Source: Cyanophora paradoxa CCMP329 (Eukaryota > Plantae > Glaucophyta). Taken from it: a stretch of 64,000 nucleotides of DNA. The notes beneath the pieces were generated by a model. That model was not told the origin of the DNA, searched no databases, and saw nothing but the letters and a program-made list of their open reading frames with translations. A program made the position numbers and the translations under genes. Below, piece after piece: positions 23,701 to 35,415 of the stretch. The stretch lies in the NCBI GenBank assembly GCA_004431415.1, contig QPMI01000134.1, positions 1-64,000 on the forward strand, read 5' to 3'. How positions within the stretch are numbered: the first letter of the stretch is position 1; each line of letters begins with the position of its first letter.

Positions 23701-23721
23701 GTGGTTGGGGTTGTATGGCAG
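23678..23721. repeat. Perfect 44-bp spacerless palindrome
   Basis: CTGCCATACAACCCCAACCACC|GGTGGTTGGGGTTGTATGGCAG. Confidence 0.95.
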
Positions 23722-26196
23722 CCTGGCAGCTGGCAGACCGAATTTCTCGGGTTGCCGACTACCAAACGCCGCTCAGACATGATAGCACATCTACACTGAT
23801 CTAAAAATGCTTCCTGAAACGCTTTCTACATGCTTTGCTGCCCCTATATGACGGGTCGAATTGACTTCCTCTCGGCCGGTCGCTGCAGAAGACGGGCGAT
23901 GCTCTCTGCTTCGCAGCTTCGCACAGCGACGCACCGATGAGCTCTTTGGCGGCGGATGCGTCCTGCCCGCTCGCTCTCAGCGTTGCTTCCCCTCCAAAAA
24001 ATGGCAGGGGGGGGTGTCGAGGGCGCCCAAGCACGCTCGGGGGGAGGGGAGAGGGGCGGGGCGAAGAAAGCTCGCACGGACCCGGCGCGGCATGCGGGCG
24101 GCCGCTGGAGGCCGGCGCAGCGCCCCGGGGAGCGGCGGGCGGGCCGGGGCGCGGGGCGCGGGGCGCGGGGCGCGGGGAGAGAGGCGGCGGCGCCGCTGGG
24201 ACGGCGGCGGCGGCGCGGGCCGATCGGCGGCGCAGCGGCCTCTGCCTCCGTCCCCCCCGCCGGGCCCGGCCCGACCCCCCCGCCCCGCCCGCCCCGCGTC
24301 AGTCCTCCTCCCGCGGCTGCGGGCGGGCGGGCGGTGAGCGCGGGGGCCGCGGCGGCCGGGCCGGTGTCGGGGCGCGCACCGCGGGCGGGCCGGCGGGCCT
24401 CGGGCTCCGCAGCGGCTACGGCCGGCGAGGTCGGCCGAGGGCCCTCGGGCGGGGCGGCGCGCGGCTCGGCCGGGGCCGCCGCGAGGCGCTCAGCGGCTCG
24501 CCGCCGCCGCCCCGCGCCGCCGCTCCTCCGCCAGCGCCCCGCCGGCTCCGGGGGCGCCGCCGGGGGCGCCCGGGGCCATCCATGGGGGTCGAGGGGGCGG
24601 GGGCGGCAGGCCGGCGGCCGCGGGCTCCGGCGGCGCTGCCGCAGTGCTCCCGGAGTCCGGGCTCGGCTCCGGCGGCGCCGGCGGCAGGAACCGGTCGAGG
24701 GGCCGGGGGCGGCGAGGCGGGCGGGGTCGGGGAGGGCGAGGGCGGCGCCGTCCGCGGGGCGATCGGCGGGGGACGAGGCGGGCGAGCGCGGCGCCGGCCG
24801 GCCGGCTCTCGCCGAGTCGGCTCCGGGCGCCGGCGGCCCCGAGGGCGGTCCTGCTTCGCCCTCCGCTTCCGCCGCCGCCGCTCCTCCGCCGCCCCCGCGC
24901 CCGCGCCGCCGCAGCTAGGACCGCCGTCCGATGCCTCCGCGCCGGAGAGCCTCGGCCCGTGTGGAGGTGCCCGGGACAGCTCCGCGCGCCCCCAGATGCG
25001 AAAATGCAGCGGCAACTAGAGAGGGCGCAGCGCAGCCCCGGAAGCGCGTTCCTGGCCGCTAGATACACATAGTATACGTAAAGATGTGCTTAATAAACAG
25101 CTATAAACGATGTGCCTGAGCCCCTGAAGTCGAGCACACACGGAACAGCTGAAAAAACAGCGAAAACGGGACGAATTCGGTATCAACATGGAGCGCGCAC
25201 CGCGAGGAAGAGGGCTAGGCTGCTCGCTGTAAGGGCTAGGGCTGCACGCGCTGCTCGCCCTTCGTAAAAAAGGTGGAGCTCGGGATCAGCCTCTGGTCTC
25301 AATTCTGACCGAAGGGAAGAAGAGACCAGAGGCTATACTGCCGACTTCGGATCCGTCACCATCGAGCAGTACCACACTTTCGAGGTTTTTGGGGTAGTAG
25401 GTATTAAGTGAATGAGTGTTAATGACTCTGGCGTAGATTGTGATTGGATGCCGGCCTGCGCTGTTTCAGCGGCTCCGTGGACCCCGAGTTTGAAACCTCC
25501 GTGGACTTCCTAGTGCCGAGATCACTACTCAAGGAGTCGTTCCGATTCCCGGCTCACGGTGCCTGAGTTTGACTTACAATGGTTGCGAAGAGATTCTGGG
25601 GGGGTACATTCTTTGTGGTAAGTTCCGCAATGGGGTCGTAGCGGACTTGGCAGGCATGTCGAGCTATAGCAGCTGCCGGCCCTTGGAGTCGATATCGGTA
25701 GCCCTGTTTGGGTTGAGCCTAGCTAGTGGTCTCTCTAGTGGAGACGCTCTGTTTCTGGGCGCCGGCGTACGTCTGCAGCCGTCACATACTTGGTCTGTTA
25801 TAGTATGCCATTTGTGTGCTGCCCGCACTGCCATATGCGCCGATTGGGTATCGAGCGGCCGAAAGTTGTCCGCCCTGCGCAGCGGTAGACGCTTAGGCCT
25901 GGGGCGGTCGTCGTTGCGCGTTTCCGGTGCGTTCATGTCCCGGCATATTGTCCGCGCTGGACGTGTGATGCTTATGCTCAAGCACTTCCCGTTAGTAAGT
26001 GCACTTCGCTGTCCGTCCTGCGCAGGAGCAGCGGCAGTTGCAGTCGAAGCTGACGGTCGGCGCTGGTTTGAGAGTTCCAATTGGATCGCTCCCCTGACCG
26101 TGCATCTCGTCCGTGTTGTTGGTGTGATGTCCGCCTCCTGCATCTTTCTGGGCTAAGCATCGTCCCGTTGGCCGCCCCGCGCAGATTAGTCTGCGG

Positions 26197-27282
26197 ATGC
26201 CAGCCGGGAAGAGGTCTAGATCCCAGTTGGAGCCGTGCCACGTACGTCTGCCTAGATTTGCTTCCACTGTCTTCGTGGGCATAATCTCGAATTTTTGCAG
26301 TTGACTGCATGCGTGTGCACGTCTGGACACGTAAGCGATCTCGTGGACTGGCTACGTCGCAGTCGAACAATCGTCGTGGACGGCGGCGCTGCGTGGCAAG
26401 ATTGGCATGCAACGATAGTATCGCTCCTCAAGTCTATGGGCCGCATAGCTCCTTCACGTCTCGCGAAAATCATGATGCAGCCAAGGCCTGTGTGCCCTGG
26501 AAAGGACGCGCTTCGTGACGTGGCATGGAAGGTGGAGGTGTTGCGGTTCTTGCTCGTCGTGGACGAGTCATCCATCGATGATTTAGTCAAAGGGGCGATC
26601 GAGCAGTACATCATATACGAGGATGAGTTGCACGATGCAGACTGTTCGTTCAGAGCACAGAACGGTGATGTGATTGGTTGCCCTGTCTCGGGTGCGTCGG
26701 TTCCTGCTCTCTACTTTTAGGCCTATCTATTGCTGGTTTTGACGCCGATGTAGCGCCGGATTGCACTCTGGCATCGATGGCCTCTCCTGGCAGGGGGATG
26801 ATGACTGCTGGAATCTTCGATCGTCTTCTTCAGCAGCTGAGCGTTTTCATGAATGTGTTCCCCAAGTCGAAGCAGATTGTACACGAGGATAGCTCTGGCC
26901 GAATGACGGCCTCTGAGAAGACTGATGCAGAACTTCTGATTGACTCTGCCACGGAGCTCTTTGTGAATGTTAGGAATTCCCTAGGCGTGCTAGGCTGGCA
27001 TCTTGTTCATCTTACCAACATCGTTGCTGGGCACATCAAGGAAAGGTGTGCAATGCGTGGACGTGTAACCTTAGCTTTTGTAGTATGCTCACTGTTTTGT
27101 AACGAGCAGGAAGGAGGATTTGGATACTATTCTTCGCCGTACAGCTGATCTTGAGGCTCAGGTGTGTGTGTCTTATACATATGTGCTCCATGATTATGGA
27201 CTGACTACCTTAGTGCATGCAGGCGTCGCTTCTCCGAAAGAAGCTTGAAGCGCTTGAGAAGCAAGCTTGTGCTGGTGAATAG
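26197..27282 (+). CDS. Helentron cargo gene, unknown function, 5 exons, C-terminal coiled-coil
   Basis: MPAGKRSRSQLEPCH|LTACVCT..QNGDVI|GLSIAGF..AGHIKE|RKEDLDTILRRTADLEAQ|ASLLRKKLEALEKQACAGE*, joined in frame by canonical GT-AG introns. Confidence 0.65.
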
Positions 27283-28781
27283 GACCGTCTTTATTGGCGG
27301 AGTGGTTGTGTAACAGTTATCACTCGGTGCAAGCTAGTGCTTTCTTTCTCATGTACGAACGGGCGCGTCGGCAGGCTGGGCGGTGTGCATGCCACAATCT
27401 CTAGTTCTAGAAATCAGGATGTACTGCTAGGTGGCACCATCATGATCTTTTGAAGAAGCTTAACGAGTCGATGCGCATAATACGTAAGTTTCTCCCTGCG
27501 CAGTCTTCTCATAAGATGTATATATATGTGCTATCACTGTCTGCATGCACGGGTATTCTCCCTTATGTAACTGAAGGCCTGGCGGTGCGAATGCGCATCT
27601 CACAATTTCTAGCCTTGATCACTGGAAGCAGCTTGATGGGCAGCATAAGCAAGCTTCTGCTGGCGGATAGTACTGATCGAATAGGTGCAGTCGTTGTATA
27701 ACAAGCATAACTGTCAGTATTGGAGGGATTCGGTGGTGTTTTGCAAGCAGTGTTAGTCTTCCTTCTATCCACGTAGCATAAATCAGGGCTGCGCTTTCGG
27801 TCATGATCATAATTGGGTTGCTGTTAGGGGTGTACAGGTTGCAGGAATGTGGCGCACGTCGCTTTAACTTGATCCACTCTGGTGGCTCTTTAGTACCTCG
27901 TTCCCGACACCAGCATCTGACATAGTAGCGTGCTTCTCGTTTGCTGCGCTGCGGTCAGGTGCATATCGGGTTTATGCCCGAGCGAGTGTACACACATGGA
28001 GGCCCGTGACACACTACGCTCTCCTGGTTGGAGCGTGCGCCGCTGCTTCCGATATGCTCGCCATGCTATCTTTACTGGCCAATTGCGCCACCACCTGCCG
28101 AGCTCGTCCTCGTGAGCCTGTTTTAGCGCGGCATGATCAGCGACTGTAGTGAGTTACAGGAGCGCCGCGCGCGAGGCGGAAGCGGCGTTCTAGGAATTCC
28201 GCGCGGGGGAGTCATTACCGGTACTGTCCATGGCACTGGCATCGTTTGAGTGCCACCCTGTACGGCGTATGCGCGCGGGTCACGCCTGCGGAAGCGTGCG
28301 CGGAAGTGTCTGCGCTGCAGCGCTCTATGCAGGCTTCGCACGCGTGTAGTGGATGTGTGCATTAGCTGGCGCGACGCCTGGCCTCTGCGTCTGTATGCGA
28401 GGGATGGATAGACATAACGTGTACCCGTACGCTGGTCCACCCCCCCCCCCCGTGCTGAACAGGTCCGCACGTCGGATCCGTCGAGTGGCATACGGCTGCA
28501 GTGATCGGGCGGGCTCACCTTCGCCTTCTGGTGTAGTGTCCGTGTCGAGTGATGCCTCCCAAGAGAAGGTGTGTAACCGTAGCGGTTTCAAGCTCATTAT
28601 GCAATGAGAGCTGATTGCCGATCCGTAGCTCGTCGGTCTCGAACGCGTCTGGACGCGAACCTGCCGGGTCTGGCCCTGCTGGGGGCCACGGTGGAACTGA
28701 CGAGCATGTTGACGTGTGTCTTTCCATGTGCCTCAGCGGCCTGCGGCTGGGTGTCTTTATTTCTGATGCACTTTGGACTAG

Positions 28782-29640
28782 GGAATTGAGAATGCGCGTG
28801 GAGTCCCAATTGCGAAGCGCGGAAGGGTGGAGCAAGCGCGGAAGAGGACGACCAGCCGGTCGCATACAGAACAGACAGTCCCAACGCCCAAGGATTGGCT
28901 AACGGTGAAAGCCGCCGGATTACGTTTGATCATGTGTTCTGAGCCTTGCGTTCTGATATGATACACGCAGGACGTTCACGTTGCCTGCACGACATCTGGT
29001 GCTCTCAAGTCCAAGAAGTACAATCACTTTCGTCAGCGTGTGATGCTCGTCTACCCGATGCACGAGCAGCTGTTCCTGCAGTCTCTACGCAGCATGAGCA
29101 CTCCAGAGAGAGCGGCGGACCTTATGTTGAATGGTGGTAGTGCTGTGTGCTTTTCGTGTCCTGTTACTACAGGGGACAACGTTGATCCCCGCGGATTTGG
29201 AGAGCATTTTTGCCTGATGTCCATAATGAAGGAGTTGAAGCAAATTCGCTGGTTCGATTCGAAAGGAGACGGTATGCCGGAAGAGCTTGATGTAGAGCTA
29301 CAGCGTCTTTTCCCAGATTATAGCTGCACTCTTGTAGTTCCACCTGGCTTCAAGCTGCAGACTGGAGTGATTAATTGCGCCGATTGGGTCTGTACGTGCT
29401 TTGAAGCTACGCTGGACGAGCTTGATAGTGGCATGAACTGGCCTGTTTGGCCTGCGGAAGTCGACTGGATTGCACTCGATATCTCAAACTCCAGCGTTGA
29501 GGAGATGACTAACGTTATGACGATATCAAAAACGAACCACACGTTCATCTCGCGCAAGCGCAAGACTTACATCGCTCTGATGGAGGCGCAACTGAGGAAT
29601 TCCAAGGACCAAGTTCCTGCGCTGGACTTTTCTGCATGTC
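28782..29640 (+). CDS. Helentron cargo: divergent Ulp1/SENP-like cysteine protease (gene ends uncertain)
   Basis: Splicing 28905-28970 yields PKDWLT|DVHV (the Ulp1 WLxD motif), then GEHFCL (His ~29205), IRWFDS (Asp ~29256) and LQTGVINCADWV (Gln, Cys ~29376). Confidence 0.75.
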
Positions 29641-31699
29641 CGCCCCGTTTATATCGATATATGCATACTGTCTTCCCACTCATTATCTGCTGGCCTCCTT
29701 GCGGCAGGTCTGATGCACTCCTCTATATTTCCGTCGGATTAAAATTACGCAAGCACAAGAGTTATGGCTGCGGCGAGTCCGTCCTGCATTTACGTGACAG
29801 TGATTATAGCCCAACATGATTTGTATTCTAGTAGGTGCTTTGATTCGAAGGCCAGTGCTGCGGTAGGCTGACCTCCGCCCAGTGTGAGTCGTGGCCCCAG
29901 CGGTGGACGCCCGCCGCCACTGATAGCTGGTGGCCAGCGTTAGCAGTGAGCTTCAAAGCCAGAAACTGCAACCTGCGTCCGTAGAGAGCACCAGGGTATG
30001 AAGGAGTCGATGTGCCACGGTGTTCTTCTTTAGAATGCCAGCGGCTCTCGCAGGACTTTGGCAGCTCAGCCCGGCGATGTACTGGTATAGTTCATCGAGA
30101 CTCGCCGCGGGCGCAGTGGTGGTGCACTGTCTGCAGCTTCTGTACTGCCAGTACTGGTGGATCAGACTCTGAGAGTGAGGGGCGCGTAGCGCAGAGCTTG
30201 GGCTGGGAGGCAGAGCGCAAAGTCACTTTTAATACGGAGAATTATAAGCACGCACTTCCGTTCGGATGGTTTCAGTCTCTAGGGTGGTGGTCGGTGAACC
30301 ACCTCCCGTCACTCTTTGATGCGGGGCGCGCCACACGCTGCGCGGGGGTAGTTCAGAAAGTGCGCGTTGATAGTTCTCATGTACGTTGTAGTGATGGTGT
30401 ACCGGAAGGTGCACCTTTCGTCGGTGAACAGCGAGGCACGCTGTCCGGCTGCCGATGATCCGCTGTCTGACTGTCGGGCATGCCTGAAGCGCCCGAAAGT
30501 GAGGTACTACGCCCGGATAGCGACGAGCCGAGCTGATCGGGGGGTGATGTGAGCTCATTGTTCTAGCTGTATTGCTAGCTTCCGTGCACGGGCGCACCTT
30601 CCACTGCGCATGGATTGTGTTGGACGCGCTCACATGGCGTGCTGTCTTCTTCCGCGCGTTGTGAGTGGGGGCGGACGTCGACTGCATCGCATGCGGAAGC
30701 GCCTGCGGAAGCGCCTGCGCTGCTGATCTAAGCAGGCTTCGCACGCTTGTAGTGGATATGTGCTTTAGCGGGCGAGACTCCTGGCTTTTGGTCATATTAC
30801 GCTGTACCCCTGTCGAACTGCATCCCTGCGCCAGTCGGACATCGCCGTCGGTCGATTGGCGCAGTGCATGTGGATGCTGAAATGGCTTGTACTTGTCTGA
30901 CTGAGTATGGCGTACAGTATGCGTGCCCCCAGATCGTGATGTTCGATTCGTGCGGCCGGATGGAATTGGTGTTGTCGTACCCCGGTACAAGATCGCCCCC
31001 GCGCCAGTCGGACGTCGACGGTGCTCGACTGGTGCGGTCACTGAGGTGGGCTAACGTTTTGTTTGCCTTCGGAGAGTGATCTTCAGCGCGGACGACTCTG
31101 CTGGAGTTTCAAGTGCACTGTACCCGTGTATGTGTTCATCCCGGTTACTGGTTGTATGTAGTACCCCACATGAGGGCAGCCGCATCTCGCGGCTGCTCGT
31201 CCTCAAGTGAGGATTTGCTTTTACGTTATTGGTTGTTCGAGTAACGCGCAGATTGAACGAAGGATGTGACCTGTCTGTGCTGCGTCGAGCGTGGTGCCTG
31301 TAACGGGTGCGTGTAGAGTTCTCCATTCCGCGCTTACTTCGATTGATTAGTTACTACCAGGCGATACGCGTGGACACGCCGCGTGGATGCGCACCGCTCG
31401 GCCACCTGGTGACCGCTGCCGTCTGCGTCGTGGCGGACGCATCGGTCCTCGGTCGCGGTCGCCGCTCCGATCGTGTAGGAGGCGTGGGGTGATGGCGGGA
31501 CTCGCTGTCTTCACCGGGTCCGTACCTTTCTCTCGAGATAGCTGGCTGAGTACTGTTCGAGCTGATGCACGATTGCGCTGTACGTGCAGATTGTACGGGT
31601 GAAGTAGCTGTCCACGTGACGTACCGGCGCTTGTCGCCTGGAGGCTGGTACGAGTCTTCGTATGTTGCAACCGCGCTTTCGTTCTTCCTGGTAACGCCG

Positions 31700-32880
31700 T
31701 CGTGCTGTAGAGATGCGATGGAGTGCGGATTGCATCCCCAGTGTATATCCTCCCTGCTCTGCCCGGCACTGCTCCGCCCTGCCCCGTCCCGTCCCGAGGT
31801 TGATCGGAGGATTCATGTGCAGATGAGCACCCGGTCTACGGTTGTGATTCAGGTCAGCCCGGGCGCTATGGGTGCAAGGATGATTGGCCAAGCCCCAGTG
31901 TGCGCCCCTACCCGGCTTTTCTGTGGCCCTGTCGCTCGTGTCTTATGCGCTGCTCTCGCGCGCCCTCCCGCCGTTGCCCGCCAGAGCTTCGTCTCCCCCC
32001 AAACCCATTCCCATGTCACCCGTATCAGCGTCGTGCTGCCCTAGTGCCCCGCCGCTATCTATGGCCCCACCCATGCCGTCCATCTCAGCGCCCCATCACC
32101 CTAGTGCTCTGTTGATCTCTCGTGCGCAGCTATTGCCGCGTGTCCAACCTGGGCATGCGAATGTTTCAGTGCCTGGTGCATCCCCTTGGTGATGCCCCTC
32201 CCCTGTCGCTGCTCTTCCGCCATAGAGTCACTGCTATATCCCTTTCGCTGCTCTTCCGCCATAGAGTCACTGCTATATCCTTAGCCCTCCAGCGGCCCTC
32301 TAGCTGGTTCGGAGTCGCGTTGGCCCCGTAGAGTTGCAGTGGAGTATGTACTGCATCTCCATGTCATAGCCGCCATGACCCGCCGCGCCCCGCCCCTCCC
32401 TTCCCTGCCCTGCTGCGCGGCTGATTGGAGGACTCATGTGCAGATGAGCGCCCGGTCTACGGTCGTGCTTCAGATCAGTGCGGGCGCCAGGGATGCGCGG
32501 ATGACCGGGTAAGCCCCACTGTGCGCCTCTACCCGGCTGTGCTGTGATTCTCTGGCTCGTCTCTTCTGCGCTGCTCCCACGCGCCCGTCGTCCGAAGCCC
32601 CCCATAGCTTTTACGCCCCTCAGAGCCTTTTCCACGTCACCCGTATCAGCGCCCCGCTGCCCTACTGTCCCGGCGTTATCTATCACCCCACCTCCGCCGT
32701 TCTTCTTAGCGCCCCATGACCGTAGTGCTTTGCTGATCTTTCGTGCGCAGTGGTCGCGGCGTGTCGACCTTGGGTATGCGCATGCCCCAGTGTCTGGCTC
32801 CTGCCCCAGGTGATGCCCTCTCGACCTAGAGTCACGGCTATATCCTTCGCCCTCCAGTGGGTCCCTAGCGGGGTCGAAGT
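31700..32880. repeat. Two degenerate tandem units of ~620 bp with an internal ~39-bp tandem duplication (32201-32280)
   Basis: GGAGGA(T/C)TCATGTGCAGATGAGC(A/G)CCCGGTCTACGGT at ~31806 and ~32427, with collinear downstream similarity. Confidence 0.85.
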
Positions 32881-33959
32881 CGCGCCCCCCCCCCTCCCCC
32901 CTCCCCCCCCCCCCCCCCTTCCCCTGCACCTCTCCCGATCCGCCCTCAGGCCCGATCAGATGGCGCCCTAGATCTGGAGTGTAGCGCCCTCCGAGCCCGA
33001 GCAGATACTGCCATAGCATTCCTAGATTTGGTTCTAGCGCTTTTAGACCGAGCCCGTTGTGCATGTACGTATTACTGTGTGTGTATAAAGTTGAAGTGGA
33101 TGTTTATGGTGCGCCGAGTGCTGGCCGTGGACGGGGATGCAGGGTCCAGATCTAGACATCGACGAAGCTATAGATATGAACGCGGATGCGCCTATTGTGC
33201 AGTTGTCGAGGTTGCCGCCTGTTGGGGGCGCCGCCGCTCTTGCTGTATATGTATTCTGGCCAAGTGCCACTGTGGGACTGAAGCGACGACGTACCCGGGC
33301 ACACTTGCCAGCTCTGTCAACGTCGCAGCTGCCCGTCCTCAACCACGTGCCGACGCGCACAGTGCGGCTGCACGACGACTCCTCGTCCTCAAGCTCGAAG
33401 TGAGGCTATCGGAGCTGGAAGCCGGCGCGGCCGGCTGCAATCTGCTTCACGCCTCGGTTGCCTCCTGCTTCTGGAGCACTCGCCGCCGAGTGAGCTCGTA
33501 GTGCATCATGGATGGACATGAACCAGGTAAGCGGTCGCGGTGGGTGCGGTGGCTGCCGTCGCTTATGGTCTGGTTGCCGCGCGTGGCGGCTAGTCATTAT
33601 TTGACACTATCAGCGTTCTCCCGGGGCTCACGTCGTGCTGCACTCTTCCACTACGCGTATTGATCAGTCGCCATGCTCGCGCGATCCCGCAGGACACAGC
33701 GCGGGTAGTTCTGGGTCCGGACATGTGGGCGCGGTAGGAAACGGCTCGTCTGGACCAGGTGCATGTGAAGGTGGTGCTGAGCGCCTCTTGTAAGATTGCA
33801 TCTTATCCTGAACTCGCGCCCGGGTCGCGCCGTTGTCGCAGGGGGTGCAGCTGGAGAGTTGCCTCTAGCAGGAGCCGTGGATCCGGATGTGACACCGGCA
33901 AATGGCAAGTTGTCTCTTTTTCGTCTGTCTGCCTTAATCTTCACCCACACTCGTACATA

Positions 33960-35100
33960 TCCTGTCTAGCCCGCCTTGGAAGGGCCGCCAGTGGGGCATA
34001 TCGAGCTTATCTCATGCTGAATTGGGTGCTTCTGCGGCTCAGTTGGGGATGGCGGGGCTGCTGGGCCTTCAGTCCTATCTTCAGCAGGCCCTGGGGTCGC
34101 AGATCAGACACCAGGCATGTTCCATTATTCGTACATCGCCTCTCTAGCCAGCCGCGGAAGGGCCGCGATCAGACTGGCAATGCCGCGATGCAATTGTGTG
34201 TATCGTGCTGATGGCATACTGAACTGGGTGCTTATGCGGCTCAGCTGTTGAGGGTGGAGGCCCTGGTGCTTCAGTCCTGCTGGCAGGAGTTTCTCTGGTC
34301 GCAGGTCCGTCACAAGGCATGTTTCCTTACTTGTACTGTTGGGCTCGCTGCCGGGTTCTGCCTCGCGAGTACCGCTATCGAATTCCCCTGTACCACTACC
34401 GTTCATCGGCCTATTCCACTGTCGCTTTCCCTGCAAAGCTTGAATTCCCTTCTGTATTAGTATCGTCCCCTCTTATGTCCAGCAGCGGCGGGCCCAGTAC
34501 ATGTCATTGCGCATCTTATGCTCCCTTCTCGTTTGCCTCCCTCTACGTTCGCGCACTAGTGCTCTCGCGAGTTTGCTGCCTATCATGAATGCACTAGTGC
34601 TCTTGCCGCCCTCTACGTTCGCGCACTAGGGCTCTTGCGCTGAAATGTGCCCTTCGTCCGCTCAGTCGGTGATGGTGGCGCGGCGGGTGCATCAGTCCTG
34701 CCCGAAGCAGTACCCACCATCCCAGTTGCGGCAGCAGGCACGTCCCCTGTTTTCAATGATGCTGCTCGTTGTCGTTCACTGCTGAATGGTTACCGGTGCC
34801 TTCTGCGCCTCTTTAATTATCGTTGCCGCTCTAGTGCTTAGATGAGTTACCTGCACGGTTTAAAATTCATCCCGTCTCGTTAATGTCCACTCCCCTCGTA
34901 GGTCTTATGTTGTGTACCAGTGCTCATTGCGACTTTTAGTACTCCGCGTTGTATCACCGGGCCGCCTCTTTAGCCTGCCCCGGAAGGGCCGTGTATAAAT
35001 TGGCCATGCCGCGACACATCGGTACATATTGTTTTCATGTCGTTCTAAACTGTGTTTCCCGGCCGCACAGTTGCTGGTGGAGGAGTTGCTGCTACATCAG
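33960..35100. repeat. Three degenerate copies of a ~200-bp module plus a short duplicated motif (34537-34640)
   Basis: TAGCC..C..GGAAGGGCCG at ~33967, ~34145 and ~34970; CTGAA.TGGGTGCTT.TGCGGCTCAG at ~34017 and ~34219. Confidence 0.7.
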
Positions 35101-35415
35101 CCCCGCCGTCAGGAGCCGCCGTGGTCCCAGATGAGCTGGCAGGTACGTTTACTTGCACTTTTTCTCGTGCGGCCCGTCGCTGTTCTCTGCTTCCCGGTGG
35201 TCTTTTTTCTAGTTATTACCCAACCGGTATTCGTTGTGCATTGACTATGGGTTTACCGCATACATTGCATGTTTTAAACTTATTCCCTGGCATTTCTCCC
35301 CCTTATTAGCTGCTTAGCGCCATTGCAGCCCCTTCGCCCCTGTCATTGCCCCCCCCTATTTTTAGGCGTTGCCGGCCCTTGGCCTGCGATTGAATTGAGT
35401 ACTGACCATACGCAG

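Noticed and set aside
482-25068. Hundreds of long Arg/Pro/Gly/Ala-rich six-frame ORFs (also 50286-61622)
   Set aside because: Expected from very high GC; they overlap on all frames and cross evident introns.
24960-25140. Short 181-bp LTR (TG..AATAAA..CACACA) of a full-length LTR retrotransposon
   Set aside because: No matching second LTR near 50372 and no gag/pol inside.
27420-27900. Small spliced membrane-protein gene
   Set aside because: Hydrophobic exon-like pieces are present but I could not build a consistent model.
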